The position numbers and the translations under genes are program-made. Positions 17,238 through 26,538 of a DNA stretch of 64,000 bases are shown here, piece after piece. This stretch comes from Candidatus Magasanikiibacteriota bacterium. Its GTDB lineage: Bacteria > Patescibacteriota > Patescibacteriia > Magasanikbacterales > GWA2-37-8. The stretch's first letter is position 1; each line of letters opens with the position of its first letter. The notes below the pieces were generated by a model. That model had not been told where the DNA came from and did not search any database. It saw only the letters and a program-made list of their open reading frames with translations. The stretch spans positions 2,513 through 66,512 of the forward strand of contig JBAYIZ010000005.1 in assembly GCA_041665405.1 (NCBI GenBank). The letters are read 5' to 3'.

Positions 17238-17924
17238 ATGGCTAAGTTAACAAAAAGAATGGCTGCAAATACAGCCAAAGTAGACAAAAATAAGGTCTAC
17301 TCCCTAGATGAAGCTATCAAGCTCATCAAAGAAACTTCTGGTGTAAAATTTGACGCCAGCGTTGAAGTTCATGCTCATTTGGGTATCGACCCAAAGAAGG
17401 GCGACCAATTGATCCGCGCCACTGTGGTATTGCCACACGGTATCGGCAAAACAAAAAAAGTAGCCGTCTTCGTTTCCAGTGAAAAAGAAAAAGAAGGCAA
17501 CGAATCAGGTGCTGATGTTGTTTATACTGAGGAAGGTATTAAAAAATTAAAAGATACTGGTAAAATCGACTTCGAAGTGGCTGTGACTACTCCAGATATG
17601 ATGCCTAAAATGGCTGCAGTTGCCAAAGTGCTTGGTCCAAAAGGTTTGATGCCTAGCCCAAAAACAGAAACTGTCGGACCAAACTTGAAAAAGATGGTGG
17701 AAGAATTGAAAAAAGGTAAAGTCACTTTCAAAAATGATGATACTGCCAACATTCACCAAATCGTGGGAAAAGTTAGTTTCGATGATGCCAAATTGAAAGA
17801 AAATTTATCTGCCTTTCTAGAAGCTTTGAAAAAGGCACGACCAACCACTATCAAAGGAACTTATATCAAAAATTTAATCCTCTGCTCTACCATGGGTCCA
17901 TCAATCAGAATAAACGAGAACTAA
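17238..17924 (+). CDS. rplA: 50S ribosomal protein L1
   Basis: MAKLTKRMAANTAKVDKNKVYSLDEAIKLIKE...FDASVEVHAHLGIDPKKGDQ is classic L1. No rplK upstream. Confidence 0.85.
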   Translation: MAKLTKRMAANTAKVDKNKVYSLDEAIKLIKETSGVKFDASVEVHAHLGIDPKKGDQLIRATVVLPHGIGKTKKVAVFVSSEKEKEGNESGADVVYTEEGIKKLKDTGKIDFEVAVTTPDMMPKMAAVAKVLGPKGLMPSPKTETVGPNLKKMVEELKKGKVTFKNDDTANIHQIVGKVSFDDAKLKENLSAFLEALKKARPTTIKGTYIKNLILCSTMGPSIRINEN

Positions 17925-17962
17925 ACCTGCACCCCTCATTTTTGAGGGGTGTTTTTTAAACT

Positions 17963-18991
17963 ATGATTATAGTCGCCTCCGTTGGAGTAAACTCTCTAAC
18001 CGATGAAAAAATTAGAAAAATGATTTTGGCTGGGGCTGATATATTCCGCTTTAATTTTTCTTATCGTTCAATAGATGAAAACATAAGAAATATTGAAACT
18101 ACACAGGACGTTATATCTGATTTACACGCTGGAACCAAAATATTATTTGATTTACCGGTTAAAAAATACCGACTTGGCTATTTTGATTTGAAAGCATTCG
18201 CAGTTAGAGAAAATGAAGAATTTATTTTCAAATACGCTTCTTATTCTCCAGATTGCAATGAGTTTATACCAGTAAATATTAATCAAATTGGCAATAAGGT
18301 TGATATAAATCAAACGGTTACTATCAGCGATGGCGAAATCGCCATACAAATAACTGAGATAATCGATTCCAATACGATTAGAGCAAAAATTCTTAACAAT
18401 GGAATAATCTATTTCAACAAATCTTTTAATATCAAATATTATCGACCTGAACAAGAATTATTAACAGAATACAAACAAATAATTGAACAAACAAAGCATT
18501 TGGAACCAAATTACATTGCCGTACCATTTATAAACGCAAATTTTAACATCGAATTTAAAAATCTTATCAAACAACAAAACATCAATACTAAACTAATAAT
18601 AAAAATTGAACACCAAATTGACGAGGGAGAATTAAAATCAATCATTCAAGACACAGACTACGACATGATATTGATGGATCGTGGCGAAATGGGAGTGAAT
18701 TTGCCGTTTGAAAAAGTCGGATTGTGGCAAAAGCATATTTGTATGATTGCAAAACAATATAAAAAGAAAATCCTAATTTCAACACAGATATTAGAAAGTA
18801 CAATCAATAATTTTGTCCCCCACCGCTCAGAGATTCTTGATCTTACTAATATGATTTTAGATAGAATAGACGGCATCATATTTTGTCATGAGACAGGTTT
18901 TGGTATGCGCCCGGCATATTCTATTCATGTCGCAAAAAAAATAATAAATGAAGTAGAAAAACACATAAATAACCACAAACAAAGTGAATAA
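17963..18991 (+). CDS. pyruvate-kinase-like protein (barrel A/B domains only; no C-terminal regulatory domain)
   Basis: N-terminus IVASVG...ILAGADIFRFNFSYRS resembles the pyruvate kinase (PK) K.VCTIGP...AGMNVARLNFSHG. KLIIKIEHQIDEG matches the PK signature (IISKIENQEG). MDRGEMGVNLP and ISTQILESTINN..P.R.E..D..N...DGID..FCHETGFG match PK ARGDLGVEIP and TQMLESM...P.PTRAE..DVANAVLDG.D.VMLSGETA. Confidence 0.55.
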   Translation: MIIVASVGVNSLTDEKIRKMILAGADIFRFNFSYRSIDENIRNIETTQDVISDLHAGTKILFDLPVKKYRLGYFDLKAFAVRENEEFIFKYASYSPDCNEFIPVNINQIGNKVDINQTVTISDGEIAIQITEIIDSNTIRAKILNNGIIYFNKSFNIKYYRPEQELLTEYKQIIEQTKHLEPNYIAVPFINANFNIEFKNLIKQQNINTKLIIKIEHQIDEGELKSIIQDTDYDMILMDRGEMGVNLPFEKVGLWQKHICMIAKQYKKKILISTQILESTINNFVPHRSEILDLTNMILDRIDGIIFCHETGFGMRPAYSIHVAKKIINEVEKHINNHKQSE

Positions 18992-20045
18992 GAATAAATT
19001 GGACAAACTAATCCCCCCTCTCACTACTTGGATGAAACTGATTAAAAAGAATACAGAGGATTTGATATTTGAAGATCGTACAAAATATGATCGTCTTGAA
19101 ATTTTGTCATCTCTAACTGGCATTCAGTGTAATATTCCTATTTATAAATTAAAAACAGCTGACATTTTATCAGGCAAAATCAAAATAAATTTTAAGGGGC
19201 GTTGCGGATGGAGATTAATCCCTACAAAAAATAGTTTGCCAAAATTACGAACGCGAGGGAAAAGCATGGTAGCTAACAATAGATGGCTCAAAAAAGAAAA
19301 CATCAACCCACAATTTTATCCGTTAATAGAAATTATCCCCCATTATAACCAAATAATTAATTCTGGGATTTTCGTGATTGATGAAAATAAAATATTTGGA
19401 GAAATCGTGTCTGGAGACTTGTGGCAACTAATTTATGGAACGGCTACAACAAATTCATCCTTCCATTTTTTATATGACTTTAAAAAATGGACTTTTTCCA
19501 GAAGAAATAGCTTAGCAGAAAAAATAATCAAAAAATTAGTAAAACAATTAAAAATAGAAAGTAAAGAAGTAAAAAGAGAAATAAAAAAACAATTAAATGG
19601 ACAATTAAATAATTTTGGATTTATAAAAGGATACTACGAATTTAGAGCGTGGAAAGATAAAATTTTATTAGTAGATTACGATAGAATATTATACAAATTA
19701 TTTGATAAGCACTTGCTAGTAGATAAATTATATTTAAAAGGATCTTGTATCAGCCAAGGAAAATCTTCTGGTAAAATTAAAATTATTACTAATCCCAAAA
19801 AACAATCGGTCTCAAAAAATGACATCATTTTATGTCCGATTATAACGGTGGACTATTTACCTTTGATAAGAATGAGTGCAGGCGTAATCATCAAACAAGG
19901 TGGAATGCTTTCTCACGCAGCGATAATTTTAAGAGAAATTAAAAAACCGTGTTTGGCATTACCTAGCAATATAATAAACAAATTGAAAAATAATGACATG
20001 GTAACTTTGGATGCATACACTAATCAAATTATTATCAACAACTAA
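18984..20045 (+). CDS. protein with C-terminal PEP-utilizing-enzyme mobile (phosphohistidine swivel) domain; ~250-aa N-terminal region of unknown function
   Basis: The C-terminal VIIKQGGMLSHAAIILREIKKPCLALP matches the PEP-utilizers motif GG.TSHAAI.ARE.GIP.VVG. Overlaps the PK-like gene by 8 nt. Confidence 0.5.
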   Translation: MNKNKLDKLIPPLTTWMKLIKKNTEDLIFEDRTKYDRLEILSSLTGIQCNIPIYKLKTADILSGKIKINFKGRCGWRLIPTKNSLPKLRTRGKSMVANNRWLKKENINPQFYPLIEIIPHYNQIINSGIFVIDENKIFGEIVSGDLWQLIYGTATTNSSFHFLYDFKKWTFSRRNSLAEKIIKKLVKQLKIESKEVKREIKKQLNGQLNNFGFIKGYYEFRAWKDKILLVDYDRILYKLFDKHLLVDKLYLKGSCISQGKSSGKIKIITNPKKQSVSKNDIILCPIITVDYLPLIRMSAGVIIKQGGMLSHAAIILREIKKPCLALPSNIINKLKNNDMVTLDAYTNQIIINN

Positions 20046-20169
20046 AAATAATCCTGTAAACAGTTTTATTTACATCGTTTTTTCCTCTAAAACAAGATAA
20101 AAAATAGCTATTGGCAACAGTAGCTATTTTTGTTAAAATACCCGTGTAATTTAAACCTATTTTTGCCTT

Positions 20170-20655
20170 ATGAATGATGAAATATACATTCGCCCTACTT
20201 GGGACGAGTACTTTATGGAGGTATGCCGAGCTGTAGCCAAACGTGCCACTTGTGACCGCGGTCGCAGTGGGTGTGTGATTGCCAAAAACAAACAAATTTT
20301 AGTGACTGGTTATGTTGGCTCCCCCAAGGGATTGCCCCATTGTGACGATGTCGGACACCAGATGAAATCTACCATTCACGAAGATGGACATCAATCTCAA
20401 CATTGTGTACGCACCGCTCATGCTGAACAAAATGCCATTTGTCAGGCGGCCAAAACTGGCATCGCCATTGATGGCGCTACTATCTACTGCAAAATGACCC
20501 CTTGCACAGTTTGCGCGAAAATGATTGTAAATTCCGGAATAAAAAAGGTAATTTGCGAAAAAAAATACCACGCTGGTGACGAAGCCACTTTGTTTGGTGG
20601 CGGCGTTGAGGTTGTCTTTTTAGATGAAAACATCGAACCATACGCTAATCAATAA
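20170..20655 (+). CDS. dCMP deaminase (zinc-dependent deoxycytidylate deaminase)
   Basis: HAEQNAI...PCTVCAKMI zinc-binding H(A)E / PC..C motifs. Confidence 0.75.
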   Translation: MNDEIYIRPTWDEYFMEVCRAVAKRATCDRGRSGCVIAKNKQILVTGYVGSPKGLPHCDDVGHQMKSTIHEDGHQSQHCVRTAHAEQNAICQAAKTGIAIDGATIYCKMTPCTVCAKMIVNSGIKKVICEKKYHAGDEATLFGGGVEVVFLDENIEPYANQ

Positions 20656-20743
20656 ATATAATAAGTTTCTACGAAACTTGAAATTACGTCGAGTTTCGTA
20701 AAAAATAAAATAAATTTTCTTTTTTAACTCAACTCTAGTAATT

Positions 20744-21301
20744 ATGAAAATCATTCTAGGATTTGTCGGGGATTTGGCCTCTGGAAAAGGTACAATTTGC
20801 AGATATCTAAAAGAAAAATACGGAGTTAACGCTTATCGTTATTCGACCATGTTACGTGATGTGACCAAACGATTATACATTCCAGAAAGTCGCGAAAATT
20901 TACAATTATTATCAAAAATATTGCGAGAAAACTTCGGCCAAGACCTCATGAGCAAAGTGATTGCTCTCGATGTGGAAAATGATTCGAACGAAATTGTCGC
21001 CGTTGAAGGTATTCGCCGACCAACCGATATCACCTACCTAGAAAAGATGCCGGGATTCAATTTGATTTATATCACAGCCGATTCCAAAACACGTTGGGAA
21101 AGATTGGTAAAACGATCAGAAAATCCTGGCGACTCTGAAAAATCTTATGAACAATTTTTACAGGATGAACAAGCTGAAGCAGACATACTGATAAAAGAAT
21201 TGGGACAAAAAGCTAAATACACACTTACCAATGATGGAACGTTTGAGGAATTTTATCAGGCTATGGAAAATATTTTGGCTGAATTAAGACTTCAAAAATA
21301 A
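20744..21301 (+). CDS. P-loop nucleotide/nucleoside kinase (dNMP-kinase or dephospho-CoA-kinase-like), specificity unknown
   Basis: Walker A motif LGFVGDLASGKGT. Embedded in the dTTP-synthesis cluster. Confidence 0.45.
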   Translation: MKIILGFVGDLASGKGTICRYLKEKYGVNAYRYSTMLRDVTKRLYIPESRENLQLLSKILRENFGQDLMSKVIALDVENDSNEIVAVEGIRRPTDITYLEKMPGFNLIYITADSKTRWERLVKRSENPGDSEKSYEQFLQDEQAEADILIKELGQKAKYTLTNDGTFEEFYQAMENILAELRLQK

Positions 21302-21303
21302 TT

Positions 21304-21738
21304 ATGCAAGTTTCGATTAAACGTCTCGACAAAACTATTCCTTTGCCACGATACCACACTCCCGGTTCGGCGGCTTTTGATTTATCGGCACGTGTCGAAA
21401 CTAAAATAGAACCAAAACAAATCGCTCGTATCCCATCTGGGCTGGTCATCGGCACACCCACAGGATATGTTCTCACTCTAGCCGCTCGTTCTAGTCTAGC
21501 TTCAAAAAAAGGGCTAATGTTGGCCAATGGAATTGGTACGATTGATAGTGATTATTGTGGTCCAGCCGACGAAATTTTAATTTCTGTTTACAATTTTACT
21601 GGACAGTCCGTCACCGTAGAAAAAGGTGAACGCATCGCTCAAGGTATGTTTGTAAAAATTGAACAAGGAGAGTGGGAGGAAGTCGAGGAGGTCGCTATTC
21701 AATCCCGTGGCGGTTTTGGCAGTACGGGAGATAAATAA
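21304..21738 (+). CDS. dut: dUTP diphosphatase
   Basis: PGSAAFDL...NGIGTIDSDYCG conserved dUTPase motifs. Confidence 0.8.
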   Translation: MQVSIKRLDKTIPLPRYHTPGSAAFDLSARVETKIEPKQIARIPSGLVIGTPTGYVLTLAARSSLASKKGLMLANGIGTIDSDYCGPADEILISVYNFTGQSVTVEKGERIAQGMFVKIEQGEWEEVEEVAIQSRGGFGSTGDK

Positions 21739-21747
21739 TTTAAACAT

Positions 21748-22620
21748 ATGCAAGCATATTTGGATATTGTAAAAAAAATATTAGAACAAGGAGAGAGAAA
21801 AGCTAATCGCACTGGGGTAGATACCGTGACCATTGCTGGCGCTATGTTTGAACACGACATGAGCAAAGGTTTTCCGTTGATCACAACCAAAAAAATGCCA
21901 TTTAAAATAATCGCCTCCGAATTAGAATTTTTTATTAAAGGACTAACTGATAAAAGATGGTTGCAAGATCGCAATAATCATATTTGGGACGAATGGGCCT
22001 ATCCAAAAAAAGCACCCTATGGTCATGATGAGGCTAGCAAAAAAAGAATGGCGGAAGAAAGAGATCTTGGTCCAATTTATGGTTTTCAATGGCGCCATTT
22101 CAATGCTCCCTATTATAGTTATGAAACTGACTACACTGGACAAGGTGTAGATCAATTAAAAAGAGTGGTAGATACATTGAAAAATAATCCTGGCGACCGA
22201 CGGATGATTGTAGCCGCTTGGAATCCTCTCGCTCTACAGGATATGGCTTTGCCTCCTTGTCATTACGCCTTTCAAGTAACAGTAATTAATGGCAAATTAA
22301 ATTTATTGTGGAATCAGCGCTCAGTGGATACGATGCTTGGCTTACCATTTAACATCGCTAGTTACGCTATTTTATTACATCTGTTAGCCAAAGAAACTGG
22401 ATTACAAGAAGGAAAACTGGTAGGCTTTTTGGGTGATGTACAGATATACGTTAATCATTTGGAAGGAGCAAAAGAACAGTTGGCTCGCGATCCAAATCTT
22501 TATCCCCTACCAAAAATTGTTACTGAAAATTTCACTTCCATTTTTGATTGGCAATACACTGATACCAAAATTGAAAACTATCAAAGTCATCCCGCCATTA
22601 AATTTGATATAGCTATATAA
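21748..22620 (+). CDS. thyA: thymidylate synthase (ThyA, folate-dependent)
   Basis: RTGVDT..GAMFEHDMSKGFPLITTKK...ALPPCH(Y)AFQ...DVQIYVNH motifs. Confidence 0.9.
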   Translation: MQAYLDIVKKILEQGERKANRTGVDTVTIAGAMFEHDMSKGFPLITTKKMPFKIIASELEFFIKGLTDKRWLQDRNNHIWDEWAYPKKAPYGHDEASKKRMAEERDLGPIYGFQWRHFNAPYYSYETDYTGQGVDQLKRVVDTLKNNPGDRRMIVAAWNPLALQDMALPPCHYAFQVTVINGKLNLLWNQRSVDTMLGLPFNIASYAILLHLLAKETGLQEGKLVGFLGDVQIYVNHLEGAKEQLARDPNLYPLPKIVTENFTSIFDWQYTDTKIENYQSHPAIKFDIAI

Positions 22621-22623
22621 ATT

Positions 22624-23094
22624 ATGTTTTCTCTCATCGCCGCCGTCGCCGATAATAATTGCATAGGAAAAAATAATAAAATTCCATGGAATATCCCGGA
22701 AGATTTTCAATATTTCAAAAAGATGACTTTAGGTAAAACTTGCGTGATGGGACAAGCCACATATGAATCTATTCTCGGCTATATTGGTAAACCATTGCCA
22801 GGTCGCCAAACCGTAGTGGTAACTTTAGACAAAAATTATCAAGCCGCCGAAGGAGTAAGAGTTTTTAATTCTCTAGACGACATTTTTGAAAAATTAAAAG
22901 ACGAGGATGTCTTTATTTGCGGTGGCGCCAGTATTTACCGCCAGACTATTGATCGTGTTGATACTCTATACATTACCCTTGTCCACCAATCTCCAGATGG
23001 AGATACTTTTTTCCCAGAAATCGATAAAAATATTTGGAAAGAAACAGCGCGCGAAGACCATGGTGGTTTTTCTTTTGTGACCTATAAAAAATAA
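22624..23094 (+). CDS. folA: dihydrofolate reductase
   Basis: MFSLIAAVADNNCIGKNNKIPW...KKMTLGKTCVMGQATYESI is a typical DHFR N-terminus. Immediately follows thyA. Confidence 0.8.
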   Translation: MFSLIAAVADNNCIGKNNKIPWNIPEDFQYFKKMTLGKTCVMGQATYESILGYIGKPLPGRQTVVVTLDKNYQAAEGVRVFNSLDDIFEKLKDEDVFICGGASIYRQTIDRVDTLYITLVHQSPDGDTFFPEIDKNIWKETAREDHGGFSFVTYKK

Positions 23095-23099
23095 ATTGT

Positions 23100-23804
23100 A
23101 TGTTTATCATAATCGATGGTATTGATGGAAGTGGCAAAAGTACCGTTGTTTCTGTTTGGAAAAAATATTTATCTGATCAAGGCAACGCGATTTTTGATTT
23201 AAAGAATTATATAAAAGAAAATAATCACTACCCCGAATCACATGAATTTTCGGGATATGATTTCATTTTTTCCGCTGAGCCAACTTATACTGGAATCGGA
23301 AAAGTTTTACGCGAAGAATTAATTAGTTCCTCAAACTTCTATCCACCCAAAGCCATCGCTGAAGCGTTTTCACTTGATCGATTGGTCCTCTACACCAAAG
23401 TTATTATCCCTTTATTAAAAGACGGGAAATTAGTGATCCAAGACAGGGGCGTTTCTTCATCTTTGGCCTATCAACCACTCACCCACCCAGATGTCACTAC
23501 TGATTTTGTCGCCCACTTGCCTGGAAATAATTTGGCTTTGGAAAATAGACCAGACTATTTGATTTTTGTAGATTGCGATGCCAAAACTTCTTTTGAGAGA
23601 CTCGACCAAAGAGCGGATAAACAAGACAACGCCATCTTCGAACGATTAGAATTTTTAGAAAAACTCACCGCCCGTTATACAGACGAAAACTACCAAAAAC
23701 TCTTTACAGACAGAGGTACAAAAATTTTACATTTGAACGGAAACGAAAAAATTGATATAATGAAAGAGCAGGCTATCGATTTATTAAAAACTATTTTAAA
23801 ATAG
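23100..23804 (+). CDS. tmk: thymidylate kinase
   Basis: MFIIIDGIDGSGKST P-loop and DRGVSSSLAYQ lid region. Confidence 0.75.
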   Translation: MFIIIDGIDGSGKSTVVSVWKKYLSDQGNAIFDLKNYIKENNHYPESHEFSGYDFIFSAEPTYTGIGKVLREELISSSNFYPPKAIAEAFSLDRLVLYTKVIIPLLKDGKLVIQDRGVSSSLAYQPLTHPDVTTDFVAHLPGNNLALENRPDYLIFVDCDAKTSFERLDQRADKQDNAIFERLEFLEKLTARYTDENYQKLFTDRGTKILHLNGNEKIDIMKEQAIDLLKTILK

Positions 23805-23805
23805 T

Positions 23806-24561
23806 ATGTTAACTAACATCTCAGAACTTATTCACCAAAGCTGGAACAACTACCTAAAGACTATGCGCCACTTCGCTCCATTCTTGGGAGTTTTGCTAGT
23901 TGGTTTTATTATTCGTTATTTTCTTGGCTTTGTTGGGCTTTATCTCAATGCCTACACCAAACTATCTGCTTTATCGGTAGATTTGGCTATCGCCTCGATT
24001 ATTTTTGCTCTGTCATTTTTAGGTATTTGGACATCATTTGCCATTATAAAATCCACTCAATTTATTCAAAAGAATTTACCTCTGATGACTTTTAAAGACA
24101 GTTACACCAAAACAGCCCATTACATTATTCCAACCTTTTTAATATCTTTACTGATAGCTGCCATTATATTTGCTGGTAGTATTCTGTTTTTGATTCCCGG
24201 TCTTATTTTTGCTATTTGGTATTATTTTGTAAACTATGTTATTATTTTTGAGGATCAGAAAAATTTGGGTAGTTTGAAAACTAGTAAACAATTGGTTGTA
24301 GGCCGTTGGTTCAAAATGGCTTTTCGAATTGTCTTGCCAAAAATTGTGTTTTTGATTGGAATAATTATCGTGAATCTTTTGATTACAACTTTGATTATCA
24401 AGATCTTTGATCCATCAGCAGTGAAGATTGAATTAATTACCGCATTGGTAAATGGGATTGTCACCTCTTTGACACTACCGCTATTTATTTGGAGCGATAC
24501 GGTTTTGTACTTTAGCGCCAAGGAAAATCCGGTTGTCTCTTTGACGCCACCAACTCCATAA
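23806..24561 (+). CDS. hypothetical polytopic membrane protein
   Basis: 251 aa, about 6 TM helices, no recognised motif. Confidence 0.4.
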   Translation: MLTNISELIHQSWNNYLKTMRHFAPFLGVLLVGFIIRYFLGFVGLYLNAYTKLSALSVDLAIASIIFALSFLGIWTSFAIIKSTQFIQKNLPLMTFKDSYTKTAHYIIPTFLISLLIAAIIFAGSILFLIPGLIFAIWYYFVNYVIIFEDQKNLGSLKTSKQLVVGRWFKMAFRIVLPKIVFLIGIIIVNLLITTLIIKIFDPSAVKIELITALVNGIVTSLTLPLFIWSDTVLYFSAKENPVVSLTPPTP

Positions 24562-24610
24562 TAACAAATGACTAAAAAATCCGCCTTTTAAAGCGGATTT
24601 TTTGTTTAGT

Positions 24611-25414
24611 TTAGTAAGGTTCAGAAATATTCCACAAAGTATCAAACATCGCTTGAATGGTAGAGTAAACATCCTCTGATTGAATCAATATAGCAGACAA
24701 TTCATTCACAGAAGAAACAAATACTACTTTCCTATCAAACAAATACACTACTGAAAAAAATTTTTCATTCATTTCTGCTGGCAAGTAACGCGGGTTACGT
24801 ATTGGAATTTCTTCTTTTTTTAAAGGTCCACCTCTATATTCATTAATACCGCGTTCATAAAGCGAACGTGCGGTAATATTTCTTTTTTTTCTTATTTCGA
24901 GATAATAATCCATGTACGCCTGATCAAACTGATAGAAAAAATTATTTTTTGGCGCAATCAAGTCCCAATGTCGCGAATTACAATAATACATTTGTTCAAA
25001 CAAAGCTTTTATACCTTCTATCCCCTCATAGTGATTAACTAAAACTTTTGGGATATTTACATGTTTAATTGTAGCCAATAATGGTATGGCCTCGTTTAAG
25101 ACAATCTTTTTTCTTTCCATCATACTAATCTGCTCATCTAGGATTTTTGGCAACAATGCAGGATCAGTAAAAGAAAATAATGTACCATTTCCCTGAATTT
25201 TTTTACTAACTAAACCTTTAGCCGACAGAGTGGATAACGCGTGGTAAACTGTGGGCCTTTTTATATCAGTCTTTTGAGATAATTCATTTGCACTAATATT
25301 AAAAATTCCAAGACCAGCCAAATAGATGTCGGACTCGGTTTTAGACAGACCGACAGACTCAAGTAATTGGCTCACTTTACCATTTTCAGCTGTTGATAAA
25401 TGTTTTATTTTCAT
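24611..25414 (-). CDS. TrmB-family transcriptional regulator (wHTH plus sugar-binding-like C-domain)
   Basis: The N-terminal ESVGLSKTESDIYLAGLGIFNISANELSQKTDIKRPTVYHALSTLSAKGLV is a TrmB HTH. Divergent from the ABC transporter operon. Confidence 0.6.
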   Translation of the reverse strand: MKIKHLSTAENGKVSQLLESVGLSKTESDIYLAGLGIFNISANELSQKTDIKRPTVYHALSTLSAKGLVSKKIQGNGTLFSFTDPALLPKILDEQISMMERKKIVLNEAIPLLATIKHVNIPKVLVNHYEGIEGIKALFEQMYYCNSRHWDLIAPKNNFFYQFDQAYMDYYLEIRKKRNITARSLYERGINEYRGGPLKKEEIPIRNPRYLPAEMNEKFFSVVYLFDRKVVFVSSVNELSAILIQSEDVYSTIQAMFDTLWNISEPY

Positions 25415-25560
25415 ACTGTCAAAGTAATATTATAAAGCGTTTATGGCTAATATTAAGGTATAATTGAACAAGTCAATAATACATTATAAACACACATTAA
25501 CACAAATCTATAATTTTGTTAAGCTTTCAATAAGATTAACCTAAAATTAACTTAATTTAT

Positions 25561-26538
25561 ATGTCAAAGAAATTTTGGTGGGCGATTTCAATATTTGTCG
25601 TAATAATTGTAAGCTTAGGCATTTTCGGATTTACAAAAAGCTTTAAACCGGTAGTCTCACAAAAGACTATAAAGATAGCTCACTTCAGAGAAACTTCGGC
25701 ATTGCCATTTTATATAGCTAATGAAAAAGGATATTTTAAGGCAGAAAATTTAAATGTAGAATTAGTTGAGGTAGATTCAAAACAATTGATTGACACCCTC
25801 GTGACTGGGAAAGTGGACTTCACCAGCGCGATTGCATGGCCATCGGTAGTCGGTTTCGAAATTGAACATCCAGAAATTCTTAAACCATTTGGAATTATGG
25901 GAGAATCAAATAGTGGAGACACGATTGACGGTTTTTTAGTTAAAGAAGATTCAAAAATTAATAAATTGGAAGATTTTAAAGGTAAGACTATCGCCTTTGA
26001 TAATCCGAGAGGTATCCCTTCTGCAAAAATGGTATTCAAAAAAATTGGTTTTGATCCAGATAAGGATGTTGTTCTAATGGATATGGGTAAAGATATTATT
26101 GCTAGTGCCCTACTCTCAGGAAAAGTTGACGCGGTTTGGACAACTCAACCATCCTTAACAATAATCGCTAATAAAATTAAAACAAAAATTGTTGAACCAA
26201 ACATGAGAACCAGATATCTGACCGATCCTTACTGGATTAGCCCGATGGGTTTAACAACCAATAATTTTATTTTACAAAACAGAGAAATAGTAAATAAAGT
26301 TGAGAATGCGCTGAAAGAATCGTTGGCTTTTATACAAAACAATCCAGTGGAAACAAGAATTATTGCTACTAAATATACCCCGCTTACCTCAGACATTACA
26401 GAAAAAATGGGAGTACAAACTTACAAATCCACACCAGATAATCAAGATTATCTTAGCATGCAATCAATAGTCGATTCCCTCGTTGAAGCACAGATCCTTA
26501 AAAAGGGAACTGGACTTATCCCAATGTATGCCAAATGA
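25561..26538 (+). CDS. ABC transporter substrate-binding protein (NMT1/SsuA/TauA-like)
   Basis: N-terminal TM/signal anchor, then a periplasmic-binding fold. Operon with an ATPase and a permease. Confidence 0.55.
   Translation: MSKKFWWAISIFVVIIVSLGIFGFTKSFKPVVSQKTIKIAHFRETSALPFYIANEKGYFKAENLNVELVEVDSKQLIDTLVTGKVDFTSAIAWPSVVGFEIEHPEILKPFGIMGESNSGDTIDGFLVKEDSKINKLEDFKGKTIAFDNPRGIPSAKMVFKKIGFDPDKDVVLMDMGKDIIASALLSGKVDAVWTTQPSLTIIANKIKTKIVEPNMRTRYLTDPYWISPMGLTTNNFILQNREIVNKVENALKESLAFIQNNPVETRIIATKYTPLTSDITEKMGVQTYKSTPDNQDYLSMQSIVDSLVEAQILKKGTGLIPMYAK

Noticed and set aside
20656-20743. Nested hairpins (AAGTTTCTACGAAACTT / TACGAAACT..AGTTTCGTA) before the dTTP-cluster kinase as a riboswitch
   Set aside because: Equally explained as a simple terminator/attenuator after the dCMP deaminase gene. 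No conserved riboswitch core recognised.
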